From: Camelus ferus
Lineage: Eukaryota
Assembly (NCBI RefSeq): GCF_009834535.1
Contig: NC_045696.1
Span: 27,096,001-27,160,000 of the forward strand
Direction: 5' to 3'
Length of the DNA stretch: 64,000 bases
Shown: positions 12,761-23,825 of the stretch, piece by piece
Numbering within the stretch: the first letter of the stretch is position 1
Layout of the letters: every line of letters begins with the position of its first letter
Notes under the pieces: generated by a model
Databases searched by the model: none
The model's input: only the letters and a program-made list of their open reading frames with translations
What the model was told of the DNA's origin: nothing
Translations under genes and position numbers: made by a program

Positions 12761-14204
12761 GAATTCTTTAAACTGAAATAGCAAGATGATGGAAGGAATG
12801 TGTTCAAATAAATATAAATTTGAAGCCTGTGAAATTGGAAAAGAAGTAGTGGTTTTGAAAGTAATGTGGAAATTAAGGGTTGATACTGATTTGAGGGATA
12901 ACATTAGTGCTTTAGGGCATGCTGAAGTTACAGAGGAAAAAAAAATATTTTTGAGTGAAAAAGACTGATGGTGTTGGACAGAGAGACTGAAAGGTATTTG
13001 GGGCAATTAAGAGGTCCAGGGAAAACTCAGTAATAGAGAGCTGAGTGAGTACACTTTTCTCTGAGACACTAGGATATAACAAGGGGAAATGTTACTTCTC
13101 CCTGAATTTCAAAATCTCCCACTTGATTATATTTATTACTGAAGTATGATTATTATGGATCTAAATACTTGAGATTTTTAAATATATATATTTAAATATA
13201 ATTTGCATCATTTTTGGCCAAAAACATGCTTTAGCGTAAATTTTAGAAGTATAAGAGAATTTATAAAATGGATACAAAAAAATCCAATTATCCTTGATCA
13301 CAAGTCATATTTTTTTTTTTATCAGTAAAGTCCATCTATAGCTCTCTTACAGCACTGATCAACTCTTTAGTGGGGTTTTACTTGAGAAGATGTTAAAGAA
13401 GTCCAATGTGGCTCAGAAGCTGAGTTCTGATTAAAAAACTTTTAGAACTCTCTAAGGGTTCCAGGAAATAGTGCTGTAAATAAACCTCTTTATTATTTCA
13501 GTCTTTTTTTTACAAAGCTCTTCTATTAACATTCCTAAAAAGGATTTTCTGAAGAATTTATCAAATTAATCAAGTGACTTTTACATATCATTAGGAAATA
13601 ACATCCAAACAACTAAAAATATTATTCATTTCTTTGTTACTTAATGTTTGTTGTTGGATGTTAACCGAAAGAAATGGTTTTCTATTGTTCCTGTATTGAA
13701 AACCTTATTTTTATAAAATGACTCTTATTATTGAGAAAATGATTTTGATTTGAAGTATTTTACTAAGTGCTGCTTGTTCAGTGCCCTAGTGTGGCTGGTT
13801 TTCACTTGTGTTGAAAAGAGAGAGAGAGAAAGTGGGAGACCCATACATATTTTAAAAGGCGGTACTTTGAATGATAAAATCTAGTGATGTTTCCTGAAGA
13901 CTGAAATGTAATGAAACATAAGAATGAATTAAAAAATACAGAAATAACAAACAACACAGTGTGACTTATGCAAAAAAATCAAACCTAAGACAAATATAAG
14001 AACATCTGTCTTCTGAGACATACAGACTGACACAAAGTTATTTTATATATTGTCATGCAGAATTTGATTAACCAGCCTTGTCTGTGTTTAAGGGCTTTTG
14101 GAATTAAAGTTTTATCGCTTCAAAATTTTAAGAGGAGACTAAGACTAATTTATGCTTCAAGATTATTTCATTACTCTTTCTAATAATTCAGGCTTCACAT
14201 CCAG

Positions 14205-14612
14205 ATCAGCAATGTGACATGGTGGAAGGAACATGGCTTCCAGAGTAAAAGGACCTGGGCTCAGGACTTGCTTTCTGTTTATCTTCGGCTCATCAGTTAC
14301 CTTATCTGAAATATAAACTCTTTATCTATAAAAATATGATAGGGAATAAAAATAGATTCTAGATGGCAGAAACTTTAGTGTATATGATAATGTAATGAAA
14401 TAGCTTTGAGAACTCTAAACTGCCAAACAGACACGAGTTATTACTGACATGCCAGAAGCAATTATTTACAGAAAAGAGAATGTAGTGTTTGAACAAAGAA
14501 AACTGGGTTTGAGTTCTGGCTCTATTTCTTGCTAGTTGTGGGTCTTTCCACTCTATTATTATCAGTGAGGCTGATACTTACTTTACAGGTTCCTGTAAAA
14601 ATCAAATGAAAT
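14205..14612 (+). mobile_element. Two adjacent MIR fragments
   Basis: 'ggtggaaggaacatggctt...gacctgggctc' and 'ctgggtttgagttctggctctattt'. Confidence 0.6.
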
Positions 14613-16004
14613 CTTTTTTTTTTGACAGGACAGCTGCTCCCTGAACAACATTTTAGGAACCAGATGGCTAGTCAGAATTCAGTTTTAGGAGCACTAAGGT
14701 AAGGTGGAACTCAGTTTGAAAAATTGCACATTGAAATAATCTATCAAAATTGTAACCAATTATTTTAATTTTGAAATCTTTATTTGTTAATTAAAGATGA
14801 GAATTTGGTGGTCCACCAGCAATATAAACTTACAAGTAAAATTTTAAAGAAATTTTAAGAGGTGCTCTATGTACATTTTCAATAGATTTATTAATCACGA
14901 AATTTTACCCTTGTTTCTCCATCATTTCAATCTCTCTTGTGCACACACACACAGAAATGTACATACATGTGATTTATTGTTCCTATATGCTGACAAAAGT
15001 GGCCTGTTCTGCTGAGGCAAAAGGCTAGCTAGCAGCCTGTCATAGTTTCAACATAATATCCTTGAGACATTTCATTTTCATGGGTCTTTTATATGCAGTC
15101 ATGGGGGGATTGCAGAAGCCAGCCTTATGTGCAAAGATGCTGCGTGCTGCTTACAGGCCTCCTTTCTTTCCTAGTATGTACGCCTATTGTCTCTATAGCT
15201 TGTACCATCCCAGCCTTGACGCAAGATTCCCAGGTCTCATAGGGTGACAGTTTCATGTCCATGGTGGCTTGTCAGCTGGTGCATTTTTCTCAGAATGTGA
15301 ATCTGAGCAATATTCTTTAAAGGAAAAGGATCAACAGAGTGGTAAAATACTGCTTTGACTTTTTCTGTTTTCTGTTTACTTTCCACATCCATGTATACTC
15401 TCAGACCCTCGCAAAACCACTTTCCCTGGTTGACGCTTTAAAATGAAGTTGTTTTCTAATCCATGCTTGCAGTAGTATAATGTCATATAGCTATAACCAT
15501 TTTTATGGCTTTTCACATTGTTATTATCATTCCTATCATCCCAAATATTAATGTTGAACTACACCTATCATTCCAAATTAGCAACACAAATAAGTTTTCT
15601 TAACCCTCAAAATATATGCCTTCACTTCATCTTTGATAACTGTTTTAATAGAATTGACAGTTTGCTCTCCCCTGTTAAAAAGCACACATCTGTTGGAATA
15701 TAACAGAGTATGCATAATCACTCATTCCCGGACCACTGAGGCTGATCCTGTTGCTCTGATAAAGAGTGCTAACACAGATAGCTTTGAGCCCAGCAAGAAT
15801 AATGTCCAAAATGCTTAGACAAGGCCTGCAGATAAGACGTCTCCTAAAGATCTTTCACTCAAGGACTATATCAGCATTTGCATTTTAAGAAGAAACCAGA
15901 TCTAAGCCAGAGTGAATTCTCTGAAACGAAGTCATCAAAACCAAGAGGAAGAAATGAATGCGAATAAGGAAGCAGGGTGATTAGGGATTAGTGGTCAGAG
16001 ACTT

Positions 16005-16202
16005 GCAGGATATTTGGTCCTCTTCAAAATGTCCATAAGGCATTTGGTTCATGCCAAAATGTTCTTGATATTCAGTCCTGTCCAAAACCGTTTAACCTGG
16101 ACTAAACATGCGCATGGATGTTTCGGATGGGAACAAATTTCAAGGACCTTTTGGCGTGCACCAAATGTCTTACGGACACTTTGGACAGGACAAAATGTCT
16201 GC
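16005..16202. repeat. Long imperfect palindrome of nested mini-hairpins (ancient MER136-like element, family tentative)
   Basis: Arms 16005-16088 and 16120-16202 are reverse complements at about 65/84 positions by manual alignment; each arm is made of ~24-30-bp units resembling acattttgg..ccaaaatgt. Confidence 0.8.
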
Positions 16203-16726
16203 TAACTGGTTGGAGAAGAAATACCTACAGTTTAATTTTCCAAGTTAAGCGTAGATGACTGAAATTTATGTTTTATCTGCATGATGATAAGCGGCTAAGT
16301 CTTCCTGGGATCAAAGGAAAAATGGTAAGCAGACAAATATGAAGAATAATTGTCCAAAATGTATTAAGAGAAACTGGAAAGGTCATAAAAAGAAATTTAG
16401 AAGCCATTTCTACAGGGTAACTTTATTTCTCAGTATTGCTTTGTTTTTCAGGCCCTTCTGGAGATTTCCTAGTGCTGTCTTGTCCACTGACTTCAGGACC
16501 CTTGTTTAATACACTGTCATTTGTATTCCCCACCAGCTTCCAGCACCACTTCCAGAAACCATAGGAGCTTAAGTCCTAACCCTATACATCCAATCAGTCC
16601 TGACACCCAACCAGATTGACTTGACTGTTAAGACCCAACACAGCAATGATAAAATAAACCATCAAACTGAGAAACAGTCGAGACCTCTGTTACTGAGAAA
16701 AGTATTAACTCCTCCATAAAAATTTT

Positions 16727-16777
16727 TTTTTTGTTCAACATGTCTTTATTGAGTTATAATCATTTTATATACTTCCA
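16727..16777 (-). mobile_element. ~50-bp extreme 5'-truncated L1 insertion
   Basis: T-run plus reverse AATAAA-containing L1 terminus, flanked by direct repeat ccataaaaatttt (16714-16726, 16778-16790). Confidence 0.7.
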
Positions 16778-18041
16778 CCATAAAAATTTTATGAAGTATT
16801 TCTATTTTTAAGTCTATCTTTTAAAAAGCAACCATCTATAGTCCTTGAGGAGGAAAATACCAAAAGTACAGGCAGAGGTTTAAAAAAGTCTAGATTTTTA
16901 ACCTTTAGTCCCTTACAGATGCTGTCCCCAAAGAAACCCTCCGATACATCACCTACATACCAGCCTTATAGTCTCAGAGTCTGTTTCCTCAGGAAACTGA
17001 CCTGCAAAAGTTGGTCCCAAAAATAGTACTAGGAAGCAAACACCAAAGGAGGACTTTTGCATTGGATGACAACCTCCAGGCCCTTAAGAGGATCTCATCA
17101 CTCAGGTGGAACATTGAGACCTGGCATGCAATACTGGTATAATTATTCAAATTTTTACCAACTGTACACTGGAACTTGATACCAGTGGAAAGGAAGGGAG
17201 TGATGTCTGCAGTGCTTCTAGTGTTTAAGAAGGGCTGGAAACAACAGTAATTATAAGAACACCAGACTTGGAGACCTATTGCCTGGGATAATCAATGCAC
17301 TACAAAAAAGCAATAAAAAACTGAGAGTGAGTAATAACCAATTAAACACTAACGGTGAAAGTGAGAGCATTTTCCTGGCAGGACAGAAAGAGACTCCAAT
17401 CTTATGCAGCCGGATGACTACTTTCCCTGGTTGGGACCAGAGGACACTGTTTACCAAAATAATAAGGAGCACCCTGGTGAGATAGGCACCAATATCACCA
17501 AGAACTCAGTCATGGTACCCCTTTATAGGGTAAAACTAGCAGTATGAGATGCTTTTATAAAACTAGGCTCAGTTGGATTGATAGATTTCTCAAAATAACA
17601 AAGGCCAAGCAGTGCCCTTAGCTGCAGAAGCCAGGTGTGTGTAGTGATCCTAATGAGTGATAAGGTTGCAGTGTCAGCCATGGGGGCCTGACCCACAGAT
17701 TGCCATGGAGATATTTAATAGGACAAAAGAAACCTAGGATGCCCAATAAGTGTTTGTTCAATTTGTACAAACATGAGAATTCAAGTGTAGGTCAGAAGGC
17801 TAAGGGAAGCAATCCCACTAAAAAATTCATAATCTTTTCTCAATATCCAGAACTGAGCAATTTTCAGACCCAAACCCTACTGAATGAAACACATGCTTTG
17901 TCCCCAGGAGGAAGGACCCTGTTCAACCACAATATGTATATACAGTAATTATTTCCCCAGACTTATTCCAAAGGGCATGTAACTATATTGGGGTATGGGA
18001 TATACACATACATTTCAAAGACTGTTAGACAGAATTTGAAT

Positions 18042-18445
18042 CATTATGGGTTGGGTTCCCTGGGAAACAGACAAAATTAAAATGGAATTTAATGTTCAGG
18101 AGACTTAAGGATACTAAGAATCTAAACCTGTGGAAATGAGAGGCAAGAAAGAAGAGTGTCAGAAGTAGACAGAGTGTCATAACGGCCCAGCAACAGACTT
18201 GGTCAACTCTACTGAGCTGTGGCACTAGAAGAGCCCTTCAGAGTTGTTTTAAGTTGAGCTAATATGGTGCGATCTTTATACTGTCTCACCGATGAGTCAC
18301 TGGAAGTGGACTGCCCAGAGAAAGGGCATGACTTCTGGTAAAGTGACTTCCTGCAGCTAAGGCTATTTCTGAAGAGACACAGCAGCTGGGGCAACAGGTC
18401 CCTTATTGAAGGGGATATGGATGGCATTTCAACAAGTCCACCATA
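18042..18445 (-). mobile_element. LTR33-like solo LTR nested in the ERV-L internal region
   Basis: 'gggttccctgggaaacagac', 'gcccttcagagttgt', 'cagctggggcaacaggtcccttattgaagggga...gtccacca' match the LTR33 reverse complement. Confidence 0.75.
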
Positions 18446-19037
18446 AAGTTGACTTTCCTATCTGGTCATGACTCCTCTAGTCCTTCCTCAAAGGGTCCTA
18501 AGCCACTTACTCAGATAACTTCATCCTGAGGTAAAAGGACTACCTAGTCATTCTGAGGAAAACTGGACCCAAGTTTTTTTTTTTGACACTGATATTCAGG
18601 GATTTGGAGGATATGAAGCATCATCACTGACCCTCTGTTAGAGTAGAAGTATTTAGGATACAAATAATACATTAGCGAGTCCTGACCCAGATCCAATTCA
18701 CAGAAGCTCTACTAATTCCACAAACCCAAGGTCATTCCCCAAGTTTCAAAATGTAAAATTAGGAAGAACACTCTTAGGGATTGATAGAACCCCCAACATT
18801 GGCCCCTTGACCTCTGTGGTAAGAACTATCACAGTGAGAAAAGTCTAGTGAAAGCCTCTATCACCACCCACCCCACCTCTGGCCAAGAGAGTATATCAAA
18901 GACAATACTGCATCCTAGAGGGAATAATAGAGATTATGGTTATCTGTTAAGATCTGAATAATGCAGATACAGTTTTCAACATGTATCAATTTAGTTTACT
19001 ATCTTGGACCCTATAAAAGCCAAGGAGATACAAAAGG

Positions 19038-19530
19038 ATGATAGTGGATTACCACAGACTCAACCAAATAGGAAACCCAATTGAAGCTCCCATACATGAT
19101 GTGATCTCTTTGCTGCAGCAGATTAACAAATTTCCTGATGTACAGTATGTGGCCTCTGATCTGGTAAATGCATCCTGTTCTATTCTTCTCAAGAAGCAGG
19201 ATCACAGTATGTATTCATGAAGGACAAGCAAGAGTATACATTTACCACCTTTCCCCATGGCTATAGTTAATACTCTTAGCCTCTATTAAAATATAGTCTG
19301 AAGGGAGCTGGAACATCTGGATAGTCTTCAAAAGTTTATATTGGTCACATATTATATATGATATATTGATGATATCATGTTAATTAGAGTGGATGAGCAA
19401 GAAGTGGCAAGTGTGTTGAAAATCTCTGTAAGACACAGGTACTTCAGAGAGTAGGAGATAAACCCTAAGATAATTTAGGAGCCCACAAGATCAATGGAAT
19501 TTTTAGGGCTTCAGCGGTCTAGGGCATGCT
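19038..19530 (+). pseudogene. ERV-L reverse transcriptase relic (frameshifted, with stops)
   Basis: Peptide MIVDYHRLNQ...DVISLLQQIN...DLVNA resembles ERV-L 'MTVDYRKLNQ...DVVSLLEQIN...DLANA'; YIDD(IMLI) is encoded from 19362, followed by 'EQEVA'. Confidence 0.9.
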
Positions 19531-19549
19531 GAAACACACACTGCAACAT

Positions 19550-20660
19550 AAAGGAAATAAAAGAGAATAAAAAGATAAGCTACAGACTGGGAGAAAATAT
19601 TTGCAAAAGACATATCTAGTAAAGTTTTGTTATTTGAATACATAAAGAACATGTAAAACTCAACAATAAGAAAACAAACAACCAAAGATGTGCCAAAGAC
19701 CTTAACAGAAACCTCACCAAAGAACATACACAGATGGCAGAAAAAAAGGATATTAAAAAAATGTTCCACATCATTATGTCATCAGGGAAATACAAATTAA
19801 AACAATAGCAAGATACCACAACATACCTATTGGAATGGCCAAAATCCAAAACACTGACAATGCCAAACACTGACAAGGATGTCATTTGCTTATTGCTAGG
19901 GGAAATGCAAAATGGAACAGCCACTTTGAAAGACATTTTGGCGGTTTCTTATAAAACTAAACAAACTCTTCCCATACGATTCAGCAATCACACTCCTTGG
20001 TATTTACCCAAAAAAGTCAAAAGTATAAGTCCACACAAAAGCCTGCCCACAGATCTTTATAGCAGCTTTATTCATAATTGCCAAAGCTTGGAAGCAACCA
20101 AGATGATGTTCTTCAGTAGGTGAATGGATAAGTAAACAGTGGTAATCCAGACACTAGAATACAACACTAGAAAGAAATGAGCTGTCAAGTCATGAAAAGA
20201 CAAGAAAGGAACTCAATTGCATATTCCAAAGCAAAAAGAAGCCAGTCTCAAAAGGCTACTCACTGTGTGAGTCTATCTGGCATTCTGGAAAAAGCAAAAC
20301 TAGGAGACAGTAAAAAGATCACTGTTGCCAGGGGTTAGGGAAGAGGGAGGGGTGAACAGGTGGAGCACAGAGATTTTTTAAGGTAGTGAGAATACTCTGT
20401 ATGATATCATAATGGTGGATATACTATAAATCTGTCCAAACCTATAGGATGTATGAAACCAAGAGTGAAATGTAATGGAAACTATAGAGTAGAGTGATAA
20501 TGATCTATCAGTGTAGGTTTATCAGTTGTATCCAATGTACCACTCTGGTGGGGGATGTGGATAATGGGGAAGGCTATGCATGTGTAGGGGAAGGGGGTAT
20601 AAGGAAAATAACTATACTTTCCTCTCAATATTTCTGTGAACCTAAAACTGCTCTTAATTT
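19550..20660 (+). mobile_element. L1MC1-like LINE-1, end of ORF2 plus 3' UTR
   Basis: 'acagactgggagaaaatatttgcaa', 'ggtggagcacagagattt', 'ccactctggtgggggatgtggataatgggg', 'ctgtgaacctaaaactgctctt'. Confidence 0.9.
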
Positions 20661-21126
20661 TTTTAAGATAATAATACTCATCTTGACCTTGTCTTATGCC
20701 AAAAGCAGAATGTACACTACTCTGGGAACCCAGGAGGCCTCAAGTGGAAATTCTTTGTAAATATTATAAATGTTTGAATAAAGTTACAGACTTTTCCCCT
20801 AAAACATTATTTCTTAGGAATAAAAAAATTATCTCATATTCAAATCCTTTTTATATAAAAGGATGAATTCATTTTCATACAGTATTTCCAAATGACCTAA
20901 ATCTGTGCTAATTTGAGATGCTTTAGAAATCAATTCATAGAATAAAAAAGAAGAGCTTAACACTGTTTTATTCATTTTTCCTAAAGATTTGAATTCAAAA
21001 TTGAAAATATTGGATTATATTATAAACAATTTTTAAAGGTCACTTTCAAAAGCACCACTGTGAGGGCTACATGAAGATCCAAATATATACATACTGGATG
21101 ATTTTTAAAACACAACTGTCCTAATC

Positions 21127-21349
21127 CAGAGTTTGTCAGACCTAGCTCTACTGATACTTTAGACCAGAACATTCTGTATTGTGGGGACTGTCCTGGGCAT
21201 TGCTGTATGTTTAGGAGTTTCGAGGCCTGTACCCACTTGATGCCATTAACACCCTGCTTCCAGTTGTGGGGTGAGGGTCAAAAATGTCTCTAGACATTGC
21301 CAAATGTTCTGAGGGCAAAATCCCACATACATCCCATTAAGATCTACCG
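21127..21349 (-). mobile_element. MER20 hAT-Charlie element
   Basis: 'aaaaatgtctctagacattgccaaatgt' and 'gtggggactgtcctgggcattg' match the MER20 reverse complement. Confidence 0.85.
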
Positions 21350-21795
21350 CCATAAAATTACATGAATACATTTTGCTACTTGAGTTAAAATTTAGTGACA
21401 GCATGAGATATAAATTCAAAAATGGCTATAGCTCCATCAACTCAAGTCTTAGTGAAGCTCACGTGCTCCAGGAAAAGAGAGGACTCTAGGGATGACAAAG
21501 ACATGAATGTTGAGATAAATAGAAAAAGTCTGAATACAATTGTTTCATGAAATATAAGTGAAAAAGTAATATTTTAATTAATATATTACTTTTAGATCAT
21601 ATAACTTTAAATATATGATGCCATTAAATTAATAAATTATCTATCAAAGGCAGATATTTGACTTTTATTGACATCTCTAAATTTGGAAGCTGTTTTTATT
21701 AGGAAAATAAAGAATCAATTTGTATTTTGGTTTTCCTTTTATTGAGAACTGTAACTTTCTGCTGCCTTGAAATCGTAAAATTTAAGCATTTAGAG

Positions 21796-22141
21796 TTGCA
21801 CTGTCCAATACAGGAACCACTAACCCACATGTGGCTACAAGCAAGTCCAAATTCAGATACACTATAAATGTAAAATGGACACTGGATTTCAAAGAATTTG
21901 TTATGAACAAGAAAGCTAGCTTACATTTATAACAATTAACATTTATAATGTTAAATTACCATTATAGTATCATTTGTATTGCTGTAATTATTGAAATTAT
22001 AATATTTTGAATATATTAGTATAAATCAAGAATAATATTAACATCAATCTTACCAGTTTCTTTTACTTTTTTAATATGTTTCCACTAGAAAATTTAAAAT
22101 CCCACACATGGCTCACATTATATTTCTACTGGACATCATTG
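21796..22141. mobile_element. MER33-like hAT-Charlie element
   Basis: Starts 'gcactgtccaatacagg..ccactaacccacatgtggcta'; ends 'catggctcacattatatttctactggaca'. Confidence 0.75.
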
Positions 22142-23335
22142 CATAGGGTCTAGTTTGAGAACTATTAAATGGACCCCTGAACTTTACAAGAAGCCATTTG
22201 ATTCACAAATATCAATTGATTAACACAAACAAAACACTGTATTGTCTCAGTGAAATATTCAACTCCAGTATACTTGTTTTTTAAACTCAATTTCAAGGTG
22301 AAAATTAGTCACTTCTGTTACACCAATCATTGCAATCAAATTATAACTAATATTCACAACATCTTATTAAAAATTTGTAACCACTATTTGGTAAGGGATT
22401 GGAAAATAAAGAACTTTCATGGAATATCAATAAAATACATGTTTTGCAAATAAAAATAACACTCACAAAAAACTGTGATTAAAATATTTTTGAATGTATT
22501 ACTATAACCTATAAACTCACTTTTAGAAAATGAATACAATCTGAAATATTTAAAGAATTCTCAATCGATATACATAATATACTCAATAGTGTAACTCCAA
22601 AAGACTAAAAGGAGATGCATATGAACAAATAACTATGTCACTGATTTGGTAATGTGAAATATAAAAACCTTCTCTGTAAAATGAGATATGTCACTAAGCA
22701 CTAACTAATATCTAGCCATTCTCTCCCTGTAGCTAGTGAGCACAGACATAAAAGAAAATACTGCTTATATAGTAACAAGACATGGCTTGCTGGCAAAAGA
22801 TAAAATCCAAGTGGGAAAAAAATGAATCTTGATGCCAATTACATATCAAGTGGTATTTTTTTAAATGCTTAATGCTTTTAAACTTTAGAAAACAGACAAG
22901 AGTGCCCAATTTAAGGAATAAAATTAACTCCAAGAAGTCTGGAATCTCATAATATCACGAACTCTTAACTTGATACCAACTTCTTTTTTCATGCTTTAAG
23001 AAAATGGAAAGCATTTTGTAAATTACAAAGTGCTTCATACAAGTTAGATTTTACTCAAGTTCTGTCCTGACATTTGCTTCTTCAGCCAGATTAACCAACT
23101 GCCAGCTCTGCACGTAGTTTATTTGTGTCAGTTTGCAGGTTTTGGTTTGATTATGCCATGAAATTGGTCCACCACTCAGTAGAAAATATACAAAACCCTC
23201 CTGAGTGAGACAGTTATTTGACTTGGTTATAGGGTAATATCTTCCCTTTCTTCTCATGTCTACTGCTTGGGTTATTTCCATACATTCCTTCTGCATTATT
23301 GTCCTTGAGATTACAAAATTCGATTCCAGATACCC

Positions 23336-23825
23336 TGTTGCAGACACTGCTGGTGGCCTGCCTAATATCCATTCCTCCTCTTCCATACTAATGGATGTCT
23401 TTTTTTCCAAAGCGGCAATGAGTTCAGCTAAAATATTCTATTTTCCAGCCTCCCTTGAAGTTACAATATCTGTTAGCAGAATTCTGGTCAGTAAGATGTA
23501 ATTGGATTTCTTTGGGGAAGATATAAGTTCTTTCATTTTTTTTTTTCTTTCCAAGAGAAAGTCCTTTGGGTTTTTGTTCTTGGCCCTTAACCCTTGTTCC
23601 TTTCTCCTGCCCAAAATGTGAATGCAACACCTGAAGATGTAGCAGATATCTTGCAATCATAAGCATGGGACCTAAGTATAAGGATGACATAGAAGGCAGA
23701 TAGAAAGATCCTGTATCTTTACAAAATCCTGAACAGCTGCACCAATTCTCAACTGCCTACTGCAGATTTTTTTATGCGATTAAAATCAACCCTGACTTGC
23801 TTACACTCTGCATGTTATCTGAGAC
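23336..23825 (+). mobile_element. MLT1J-like MaLR LTR
   Basis: Begins 'tgttgcagacactgctggtggcctgcctaatatccattc'; contains 'ttttccagcctcccttgaagtta'. Confidence 0.75.

Larger units (their letters stand above)
16905..19545 (+). mobile_element. Decayed ERV-L provirus fragment (LTR16-type LTR end plus ERV3-16A3-like internal gag/pro/pol)
   Basis: LTR end 'ctcagagtctgtttcctcaggaaactgacctgcaa' is followed by 'gttggtccc'; gag-like coiled-coil remnant at ~17280-17410; protease and RT relics downstream. Confidence 0.8.

Noticed and set aside
16005..16202. CRISPR-like array
   Set aside because: Eukaryotic context; units are degenerate and inverted, with no unique spacers and no cas genes
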